DNA from: Botryllus schlosseri
Lineage: Eukaryota
DNA: 64,000 bases
Assembly: GCA_051294905.1 (NCBI GenBank)
Contig: CM119372.1
Coordinates: 32,118,001 to 32,182,000 of the forward strand
Reading direction: 5' to 3'
Shown here: piece by piece, positions 42,301 through 54,300 of the stretch
Position numbering within the stretch: position 1 is the stretch's first letter
Layout: every line of letters starts with the position of its first letter
The notes under the pieces: generated by a model
Databases searched by the model: none
Told to the model about the DNA's origin: nothing
What the model saw: the letters and a program-made list of their open reading frames with translations, nothing else
Program-made: the position numbers and the translations under genes

Positions 42301-45300
42301 CTCAGCAAATGGACACCCAATGTAGATACCTAATAGGCTATCAGCAAATAGCGGACAGCCTAATGGGGGTCTGGGAGTGAAGTCCCCCCCCCCGGAAGTT
42401 TGGTGTATCACCCGATGGGGGCCCAGGGCCAACATTTTTTTGTTTTTTGGGGGGGGGCTGACGAAGTGCTGTTACGGCCCTGGTAACGAATAATTGTACC
42501 TGCAGGCACGCCCAAATATGTTTAATTATTAATTACGTGCCCTTTATTTTCCCATACAACAGCTCAGTCAGTGATACTGGTAAATTTGATTACGTGGGCT
42601 GAGAGGATTAAAAGTTTATAGCGACTTATATATGTAATTACCACCTATTCATTCATGTATTGTAGAAAATTTTGGTACCTAGGGCGACCAGACCACACAA
42701 ACTTTGCTGACTATCAAAATCGCGATATGGGGTACGTGGGGGCGAAGCCCTCAGAAGTTCGGTTTATCACGCTATGGGTGCGCAAGGCAATCGTTTTTAG
42801 GGGGGTTGACGAAGTGCTGTTACGGCCCTCCCTCTTACTCAGTTTCTTTATTACATTCCTTACAATATGAAGTTGGGGGGGCGCTGGAGCACGGTAATGT
42901 TTGAAAGGGGGCGCTGGAAGAAAAAAGGTTAAGAACCACTGGTTTAGATGATTCGTAGATCCTATGATGAAACCTGTCATTTTGGCGACAATGCGACGTG
43001 AAACGAACCATATCACCGGCCATCTAAACTTATACTGACCGATACTTTGGTGAAAACAATTCGTCGCTCCACTGGCCAAAGCCTTCGTGAAAATTTAATT
43101 CATGTCGTTACTACGTGAAAACAGCCCTGGAATTCCTCAGTTTGGAGGACTATGATATTTCTACTTGACAATCTAAAAAGAAGGAAAGGTAAATAAAAAA
43201 TCACAAAATATTACGAAGTAGAAGTGGAAGTATAGAATGAAATTACTTAAATGCTGCTAAAAAGTATAAGAAGAACGTCATTACTTATCACATCAGCAAA
43301 TACATCCAAATCAGCTCTTGCCTAGTGCGATAATACTTGACTGAACAGAAGTGAACCTTTACATATACCGCTTCTCCCTTCATTTCAGCGGCGAACAATA
43401 TCCTACCTAAAGATTTTCTGGAGTCGGTAACAGCCATCCTGCGAAATCCAGGTATGAGTAGCCAGCATAAGATGTAGCGTTGAAATTCCAACAACTTAGA
43501 GATTGCCCTAGCTGAAATTACGGATTACGAGTATGACATAGGCCTATACCACTTACTCTATCATACGTCAAGTTACACCAAATCTTTAAACACGTAATAG
43601 AGTTTCATTAATTAGGAATTTCAGCATCTAAAGCAGAGGTCTCAAACTCAAATGTGCTCGCGGGCCAGTTTACCAGTTTTGACGACGCCGCGGGCCGCAG
43701 CATTTATAGGGGTATTCTATGTCTTTCCAAGTAGGCCTTATTTGGCGGGAATGAATTGTCGTTTTGAAAGTGAGCTGATCCAGCAGACTGACAGTAAACA
43801 CACATCGTCAAAATGTGATTTACTATTGTATCAATTTAAGCCTGTCACGAAAAGAATCATCACATTTATAACTATTTGCATCGTATTGTTGTTGTACTGG
43901 ATATATATTAATTATAAGATATAGACACCATATGGGCGGACAAATGTATGATGCCATCATAAAACATATCGGGTTATAATTTTTCAGCTACTATGAATAT
44001 TTTGAATTGGACAGATTGATAATAGAGACTGATCTGATATCGAAACATTTTTAAGTTAAGCATTGTAATTCCAATTCAGGATTCGGGTATACTTCTGATA
44101 AGTAGGCTATTAATCTCAGGGCCGAATATCTTCAAATATAGGAGCAGAAAAAATCTAAATATAATATCAATATATTGATGAATGTGTCCTAGTGATTGAA
44201 ATGTCGGAACGCCGAATGGCCCATTGCTGTTACATAGTTGGAGCGTACCACTGGGGTACTCGGTACCTTTATGTGGCCTTAATAACATGGTTTAGCGACC
44301 AAACATGTAACTAACAGATTGCCAATGGCTGCCATAACTACTTGCTTGGTTAGCGAAATAACAAGCTGCGACCTTATGATCTATTTACTATTCCCCTGAT
44401 ACGCGATTAGTTTGTTGCGTCCATGGTTCTAACAAATTCACGGCATTTCGAGTCACTTCAAGTCCACTCGAGTCATTTTCTTTTGCCTTCGAGTTAGCCC
44501 GAGTCTGAGTAATTCTAAGAAAGGTCGCATCCAAGTCCAACTCACAAATTTCAGTCACAAATCGTCTAAGGGTCACGTTTTGTCATCATGAGTTGGAAAT
44601 GTGGCGAAATAGTGAATCTTCCACTGCATGGTTGCGTTTGCAATTGATGTGATAGTGAAGTTTGATGAATAGTTTCAGGCTTTCGGAGCATTTTAAGAAG
44701 ACATTTTCACTTTTTAACCTGAAAAGATATATGTGACACTTATATATTGTCAAATTAATAAAAATATATATTGTCAAATTAATAAAAATCTAAAATGTCG
44801 TCGCGGGCCGCACAAAATGCTTTGGCGGGCCGCGTGTTTCAGACCTCTGATCTAAAGTCTGTCGCATGCCGTTATATATGAACCCGTGAAGAATCATCAT
44901 TCTCCCTTCAGTCATGCTTGGAACACAATGTGTAATCATATCGAAGTGTCAAAATTTGCCACCGTGAATACGGTTGCTTGAAAAATTGGTCAAAATTGCA
45001 ATTTCAGATTGCATGCCTTCTATTGTTCAGAACTGACCTAAATTTGCTGTTCAGCGTATCTTTAGGTTACCTGACAATTTTATCATTACTCAAGTCAAAT
45101 TTGGAATAACCCTAATGTAAATATATACGGAAGCTATGATATCTCATTATTGTTATAGATGTAGGTGCGTCATTACATGCATTTGCATAGTTTTCAATAC
45201 TAATGAAAGCTCTAGTTGTGATACACAGAATATACATTCACGACGTGAATTCATGAACCCAAAATAGTATACATAGACAAGCGTGTATAAATCACATCTT

Positions 45301-48300
45301 CCCGGTCAAATTAAATCCGATAACAACGAAATCGAGTTCAGTGGCTACCCGCCGGTAGAGAATCCTCACTTGTAAGGAATTATGGCTTCCTGGAGGGGAT
45401 CAGATGCACTTGCAACATAAATACATATTGTAAATACGTAATGTTTGTAGGCATAACACCAAGATTATGGCTTACAATTCACTGCTTAGGACTGTAGGTA
45501 TCCCTTATTTTCTGGCGTATTTTCCGCCAAAAACTCATTTCGAATTCAGGTTGACCAATACGTGGGTTACAGGGTCACAGGCATATCTAGGGCGAGCAGC
45601 AAGACGCGCAATGAAACTTTCGTAGAATTTGACTGATTTCCGGTACACAAGCAATTATATATTGCAGTAAAAGGCGATTGTTTATGTCACCTGTCAGACG
45701 ACCCGGGGATATTGGTTGCACTCAAATATGCACTTCTATTCAGAAAAATTACGATGAACTGCCACAATCATGGGTTTTCTATACGACAGTTGTCACTATC
45801 AATCCTGGGGCATGTTAACTTGTAGGCCTACTAATAGAAAGTCCTTACTAGGACAGGTTTTTGTTGCAGTACAAATTTGAGGAAAGTTGCACTTCTTTTT
45901 CACAAAAGTTGCAGTAAAAAGTTAAATTTAATTTTCATAAAAGTTGCACCAAAACGTAGCATTTATGGACAAGTTCCTTAAAATTATTAAGGTATGATAT
46001 ACTCGAATCGATCCGTATCCAAGGCACTGTAGAAAAACTCAGTGTTGGCGACTTCAACAAAATCAATAGCCTGAAAAAATTGACCCGGTGAAAATATAAT
46101 TTTCGGCGGTCTAACCTAAATGTACGTCAAATCAGAAAGTACCTCAAATTTAAACTACGGTGAAATAATCAAGCGATCTATTTACATATAGTGCTAAATA
46201 TTTCCAGAAATAAGGTAGTTGCTTGAAAAATTGAAAAGAACTTGCAAAACGTTTCTTGAGAAATCGAAAAAAGTATAGTTGCAAAACGTTTCATGAAAAA
46301 TTGAAGAAGTGGCAAAAAGTTGCAATATAAGATTCCTCCAAATAGCTTAAAACACCATACTACATGACTTCTGAGTGTTTGGGAAGCTAGCTGAAGTTGT
46401 AAAAAAAAATTGCAAATTTGCAAAAACTTGCCCTAGTCTTTACTACACAAGGTCATTCCAAATTTTAATCTTTGGAGCATTTCTAAGAGTTAGATAAAGC
46501 TAATTAAGGTTATGGGGAATTATGACTCGAAAAAAATCAGTAGTGGTGATAAAGAAGAAAAAAGTTCGTAACCACTGATATGGGGAGATAGTTCGAATAG
46601 AAGCCTGCCGACTGGCAAGCTGTGAACGTGATTGTATAACCGGAGCTGTTTACCTGATGTCAAGCGTTCAATTCATGTCGATGTTTCAGATAAAATTTCG
46701 GAGGAAAGTGTGTTCCAAGGACGACCATGGGAGGAAGACAAACAAGGTTTGGATCCTTGGCGTTTGTTAAGTCCTATAATGGAATTAATTCTACATCAAA
46801 GTACCTACATCTGATAACGAAATCATTAGCTTCCGAGTGCTAATCCCAGGCGTATCCTCTTTTCGAGTCCACGAACTACGTCACAGTTTAGCAGTTAGGT
46901 GATCTAATGAACCTGAAACCAGTGCTCCCCAGCCGTTGTTGTTACGCTCCTCTATTTGACAACTTTGGAAATATTCATTCCTTTATATTGTAGTACAAGC
47001 CACGATGCTAGACCCGAAAACTATATTTTGGTATTCTGATCTGCATTTATAAAAGTCACCGGCTAACTAAGTTGTTGGTTCGGCTTGTCAGAACATATCA
47101 CGAGTCCAAGTCGCAATTGACTGACATGAAGTATATGTATCACTTCACCAGTAATATTGTTCTCATTCCTCGCAAGCGATGTCCAGGGTGTGTAACGGGT
47201 TTTAGTATCATAGGAGGAAATCCATGTGACCGGATTCGGCGGGCATTCGTATTAAGCAGAGACCAACTTAATAAATCAAGTTCGTGGCACAAGACGAGAT
47301 ATACAACAGTTACCATTCGCTACGGGGACAGTAGCAAGCATTGGTGGAAGGCTATATTAGTGTCATCATTGCGGTAGCCTATAGAAATTTCAACATTTCA
47401 CGCTAATTCGATGCAAGTGCGCGTCTGCCTTCGAAAAGTATTTACCGACCTGTAGAATACATTTAGCGCAGAAACATTTTCAATGCAAAAATATTTAAAG
47501 TTTTTTTAATGAAATTCTCGGTTGGCAACTACTAGCCAAGGGTCGACTTATGTGTCATTAGAAGGATTCTAAACCATATAATATAACACAATACATAATA
47601 CATCCCTAACAGAATATGGAACTATTATTACAAATATAACTTAGATCTATCAATGCTATCCCTAATTAACATGGAGTTGCATGATTTTTTCCAGTTATGG
47701 AGCAATTGAAATACCCGTATGAAGAGGAATTTGGTAAGGGTAGATAGCCACTACACAGTTTATATACCTCTTTTTCTCTATATATACTGCATAATGTACA
47801 GTGTATGTATATGCAGGTGCAAGCCGATATTGCTGCAACCCAAACCCCCCGAAACTGAGGGAGCTCTAAGAAGGTCAAAAATTATTTCGCAAATCAGCAT
47901 AAAGTAGAATGTTCTAGAGCAGATTTACTTTTCTTCCCTAAATTTAACGTAATTTAATTATTCCCGCCTGACAAATACTACTATTAACAATCAATGCAAA
48001 TAATTTACAAATATGAGTCTTACTTTATTCATAATTGTTATACGATTGCATATATTCCTAGCAGTGTTGGGATCAAATCACTGCCTTCGAGTCACGAGTC
48101 ATTTCGAGTCATTGCACATTTTGACTCGAGTCAAGTCAAGTCAAACGATGTTCGAAGGTGACTAGAGTGAAGTCAAGTCACTCGATTTTTGGAGGCGACT
48201 CGAGTCAAGTCAAGTCAAGTCACGAGTCAAATCAAAATTCAAGTCAAGTTGCTTTTTCGAAGCATGAAGCATGATTACGTCATTGATGAACGAATATAAA

Positions 48301-51300
48301 GTTAAATGTAGATGCAATAAAGGGCTGTATCGCTCACATATACGTAGAACTGTTAAACTACACAAGTAATTGCATAGCCTCATTTTATAGTTACCAGCCA
48401 AGATAGAGAATCGAGAAACGAATTGATAAGATGCAATACAGTGCCCATTTATACATATTGATATGATACAATTCGAGTCTGCGCCAGTGGTTGAAGAGTA
48501 TATGAACTATATTCGATTTCTATATCTATAAAACAAGAGGTTCGGTTAAGGTAAGAACAGAAAACAGAAATAGATATTTTGCTAATAAATTACTTTACTA
48601 CTAGTTAACGGCAACGCAATCTGTAGCTTCGATCACTTCATTTGTGGTCAATATATTTGTGAGAGAATATTGGCGGCTCAGTAAAACGCACGATCATTGA
48701 ATGATCGGTCGCTCTCGTAGGTTACACAAGTGTTTGGCGAAAAATCCGACATATGCAAGATAACGTGATTTTTACTTGATGACTTGAAATTGACTCGTGA
48801 ATTTTGCTCCGAGTCACGAGTCAATCCACAATTCTGATACGCCGAGTCAAGTCAAGTCAAGTCATTTTAGCAAGGTGACTCGAGTCAAGTCAAGTCATAC
48901 GAAAAAGGTGACTCGAGTCCGACTCGAGTCAAGTCATGACTCGAGTCATCCCAACACTGATTCCTAGTATCGCATGATGCCTTGTGCGGACGTAGGCAAG
49001 CTTTAGTATAATGCAGGAACCCTGCGCTAACCTTCAGGCTTTTGCAGAATCTCAAATTTTCGCAGAGTCACGAAAAAAGAGACTTCTACAACTACGCCAT
49101 TTATTGTTGCATTCAAACTACTTACTACTAGATACTCCTATCATGTAAGGCACAATCACGTTTCTGGTGAACCAAAATATCCGATTATCCACCACTCTGT
49201 ATTGACCGCGTGGTAGTGCTTCGGGAGACTTTCGCGCCGAAAAGACCTGTTCCCGAAACCTATATACTATGGTTATGACCACGCACTGAAATAGCCGGCC
49301 CCTAATTGTGCTGTTCCTTCAATCTGAGCCGCGCGGTGCGAATGCGATCAGCAGAGGGCAATAATACGTCTCGCGAAGGGAAACAGCAATATTGTTACGG
49401 CTTCAGACTGGACATTGGAAACTCAACGGGCACTTACATAGAATTGGATGTCACGACGATGGCCTTTGTGCAACATGTGGCGTTATAGAGACGGTTGAGC
49501 ATTTCTTGTTACAATGTTCTCGATATAGCTCACAGCGTAACTATTTTAAGGACATTGCACTACGAAACAATGTGCCCATAGACATTGTGTCACTTCTTGG
49601 CAACCCTTACACAATTTTGCCTGTGATCGATTATGTTTTCCTGACAGAGAGGCAACTAATGCAGCAGTAGAATCTAGTTCACATGCCTACAACACTTTGG
49701 TCTGGTGCACAAGGCCGTAGCTAGGGTTCTGGTTTAAATCAGGCTGATTTAAATCAGTGTGATTTAAATCAGGTTTTTTTCGTTGATTTTTGATTTTAAT
49801 TTTACCATTTTGATTTTATTGATTTTTTTGGTTTTTTCAAATTTTTCGGACGAGATGCGTGAATGTGGGTATTATTATCGGACAATCATGTGCATTTTAT
49901 ATAAACCGGAGATAACATCTCGTCACCGGCACCGGTATATTTCAGCTATTTGACAGACAGATGGGAAAAGGGCGATAGTCAAACAATATGTTAGCGTTTT
50001 GCTATTGAATACTGGTTAGTTGTCTGGAACATGCTGCTGCTATTTCCAAGGCACTGCTGGGATACAGCAAGCGAAGCGCAATCGGGAGTCTCTATCGAAT
50101 TTGAAAAAATCCCATATCTCTGATCCAGTTTTCTGGCAGAAACCACTCCATCGATCAAGATGAATTCAACTATTATGGATGGTCCCGATTTGACTCAACA
50201 ATGTTTCCTCGCTAACTAAGAGATCTATCGACTACTCCGGACCTATCATTTGGAATGCATTACCACCACATATCCGTGAATTGCCTTATAATGGATTCAA
50301 AAGAGCCCTACTTGATCACCTCTTGTCGTTACACTAACACTGTTGCCCTACCTCGCCCAGACATTGCTTCATTGATCATTTGCTACCATCGTTTAATTTT
50401 TCTTGTATTTTCCTTTCTTAACTAAACATTTTTTACAGCCAGACTGTTCAGAGTCAAGTGTACCTGTTTGATGCTGGTGTGATCAGACTAGATGACCTTC
50501 ACGGTCTTATCGATCATTCCTATCTAATACCGAATACTGTGCACGCGTATTTTCTGCACCGCCATCACTGCCGTTTGTTGTGTATTTCGGTTGGATGAAA
50601 ATAATGACTCTCTCTCTCGCTACTAGAACCGATCAGTAATGATTCGCGCGGCCCATCATTATCACATAGGTTTTCAGCTATCATTACCACATAGGTTTAA
50701 CGTTTTCAGCTATCTGGATGATAATTCACTGCCCCACATTATTAAAGTGTAAGCGTTATTCTTCATCACCTTGATTGACATGGTCGTCATTCATCCCATT
50801 TTCTTTGGTTTGGGTTGCTGTTATTATGAGTAAAAAAACCAAAAAAATCAAAAAAATCGTGATTTGAATTATTTAATTGATTAAAATCGATTTTAATCAA
50901 GGGCAAAATGATTTAAACCAGAACCCTAGCCGTAGCTGCTAAGCACCATAACCACAATATACATACATACGTCTCGCGAAGAAATGTGAATTCGGAATCG
51001 CGTGTATCGTACGTGTGACCGACTCCCGTGCCCCTTGAGTGGTAATAATCATTCACAGAGGTCACGAAATATAACATGCTTTTTGTGATAGGCCCGCGCC
51101 ACACTCATGAATAATCCGGTGTGGCAGGTCTCAATAGTTACAATATTCTAACTAAACTCTTCTCGGCCATGCACATGCACACGCAGTCAATACAGAGTGG
51201 TGGATATTCGGATATTTTGGTGATACTGATACTGAAGACTGGACGGAATTATCAATCCACCGTTCGAGTCACCGCTCAGGATTTGATCTGGCTTTTGGGT

Positions 51301-54300
51301 CCTGCATATGCGGTGCTTAAACCACAGTCTTCAACTACATTTCAGGTCAAAATATGGAAACATGGGAGGAGCCCGACTGGCGAGAAGCTGAAATAGGTGA
51401 GAAATACTATTAAGTAACATCTTAATATGGAAAATCTGGAGGTTAATCGCAGTAGCTCTTCTAACTCAAAAAACTACTCAAGTGAAAGCCAAAAATCCAG
51501 TACTATTCGAAATAAAATACGAGTCACATTGCACGTGAGTCACAGTAGCTAGAAATAAGACATTGTGGGGAATCTTAAAACATCAGTAATATTATCCATT
51601 TTACACAACAAACACGAAAGAGATGAGCTGTGATAGAAACTTTCATTGTCATTACGGCATTTATCGAATAGGTTTTAAACATAACACTGTTTTGCTTAGC
51701 GGCGCTCGGCATTACCTATTATATCTCCCTTAGCCCAAGCAAATAACTTTTAATTATACGAAATAGTTGTAAAGTACCTATGGTCAAATACCTTACTAGT
51801 ATTTGATTAATTCGTAGGCTACATTATCAATACATTACACGTCCATGAATATTACAGAGCTGGAATGGTTTAAGCCACAATTAAGAGAACAAGGTAAGAT
51901 ATTTCGACTTTCAATTCTTCGATGCTCGATAGGTACTGAAACAGGCTCTACTGAGTTCGAAATGTACAAGGATTCAACTGAATAGTGTGTCACTAACTGT
52001 ATGGTATCATTTATAATATGGGCAACAGTAATAATAGTGTGTATTATCACAGCCCATAACTTGACTCGAGTCACCTTTTTAATATGACTTGACTTGACTC
52101 GAGATGACTCGACGTTTCAGAAATGCGGATTGACTAGAGACTCGAGGCAAAATTTACGATTCGATTTCAACTCATCAAGTAATCGATGTCGACTAAATCG
52201 CTGTATCATATAGAAGTTTGGATTGTTAACGATACGCTGATTAGACCTGTGAGAGCAACCAATCACTCGATGATTGTGCGTTTTACCGAGCCTCAATTGT
52301 TATATCACAAATAAATAGATCGCAAACGCAGTATTCGGAGCCTACAGTTTACGTTGCCGTAAGCTAGTATTAAAGTAATATACTATCAATACATCTCTAA
52401 TTTTTAAACTGCTCACAGTGTTACCTTAACCAACCCGCTTGTATAATTTAATTTTAAATAGATTGAATATCGTCCATATTTTATAATTGCATATCATGGA
52501 TATATAGGTGGGTAGCAGAGATGAGCGGATTTGAAATATCTATGTCCTAATCCAATCTAAATCCGAACCTTCAAATCCAAATCCAAATCCTAATCCATAA
52601 CTTTTACATATCCAAGTCCATGTCCAATCCTAATCCGATTCCAACTGGAAATTCAGAAAAAAATACTGATTTATGCAATGGAGGGATTCGAAAATTTTCT
52701 TTCACAACCAACGATTCACTTGATTCATGATAACTTAGTAGCCATAAGTACATTAATAACTGATCTGAATAAAGTTTGTCGCCATTCGCCACACGACATT
52801 TCGATCTCCCAGAAAATAGGTCAATCCAATCCAAATCCAAATCCGTTCTGAAAAAATGTCTAATCCAAATCCATCCAAATCCGACAAAATTTCACAAATC
52901 CTGTTTTTTCAAAACCTAATCCTAATCCATGCTCATCTCTGGTGGGTAGGGTATTGCACCATATCATTTTTAAACTTTCTGAGGTTTCATATTTTATCCT
53001 GTATTTGGCTGATAATTGTAGACTGAGGCTATACCGCTACTTCCGTAGTTTAGAAGTTCTGCGTATGGGTGAGCGATCCAGCGTCTTTTTGCGTGTATTA
53101 TCAACTCTTGGTTAGTTCCTCGATTCAGAATAAATGGGGAATCTATCTGTATTTAAAACAGTCAGCAAAATGCAACGATTTTGAATCATACTTTGAAAAG
53201 TCAACTTGACTTAAATCGTGACTTGACTTGACTTGAATCGAATCACCTCAAAAAATTGGGGGACTTAACTTTACTCGGGTCACCTATGAAAATCGGGTGA
53301 CTTGACTTTACTCGAGTCAAAGTGTGCAATGACTCGAGATGACTCGCGTTTCGAAGGTAATACCTTGATCCCAACATTGTCACAGCCCCCATGTTCGAGA
53401 AAGAAAATTCTCTGTTGATTGACGAAGAACCGATAAAGCTATCAACATGTAAGTTCGCTACGTTATTTGCATTAACTATAGAGCAGTGGTACTAAACCGC
53501 CGGTCTGCAGACCGGACCGTTTCGTGTAAACATTTCTCCCAGTCTGGCATACATATCTCAATTTTACATCTTAACTGCCAAATCCATATTTTAGTGAAAT
53601 AAAGCGTCAGAACTCTTAAACTGATTCAGAAAATTTTTAACGTAATTTAAAGCATTGGAGTTCATTAGCTACTTTGGACTAATGGTAGGACCAACCTCTG
53701 TTGCAATTCTTGTACCAATCCGTTTAAAAAAAGCTTACAGATCGCGTAAGGCAAGTTCTATGTACTTGATACAGTCAGATTACTGAAATGTAACCTAGTC
53801 TGAAAGCGGCGATATTTGACAGTGCAACGGAGTCTATGGCTAACAGCGCAGCATTTTGCATCTCTTTCAAAAGAAATCCAATATTCAAAGTTGTTACAGT
53901 TATTTTAACATGAATTCGCTTCGCAGAAACTTCAATAGCACCACGTATAGCGCGCGTATATCGAAAACGCAGCAGGAAATTTCCTATCTAGTTAATGTTA
54001 CCATCAGAATCTTTTAGGTTGCGTAATTTTATTCTAGTTACCTTTCGGGTTGATTCCGAAAGCTGTCGTAGCTCAGTGGCTAACTGGTTTCGCGATAGGC
54101 CTGCGATGGTTTGAATTAAGTGGGCGGTCGTTACCAGACTTGGACGGCTAGGTAATTCTAGCTGCCTAATTTCATTAAATTAGAGCAAAATGCCAGTAAT
54201 TTAATTTTAATCTAATTAGGAAAAGCTAAAAGTTTTCTAGTTGTCCAAGTCGGGCCGTTACCCTACATCCTAGCCACTGGCGGATAAATCCATTCCGGTA

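Larger units (their letters stand above)
38650..43296 (+). mobile_element. Family D MITE in module 8 exon a, expanded by nested insertions
   Basis: Perfect TSD CAAATACA (38642-38649 and 43297-43304). Confidence 0.85.

Noticed and set aside
43297..43324. Stranded exon end re-used as its own exon via the CATCAG at the MITE right end
   Set aside because: It would be 28 nt and shift the frame, and no equivalent AG exists in module 7.
47817..47873. 57-nt AG/GT-bounded segment (GASRYCCNPNPP...) as an exon or toxin-like peptide
   Set aside because: It has a stop in the phase-1 frame and resembles the MITE end found at ~7840 and ~23220.
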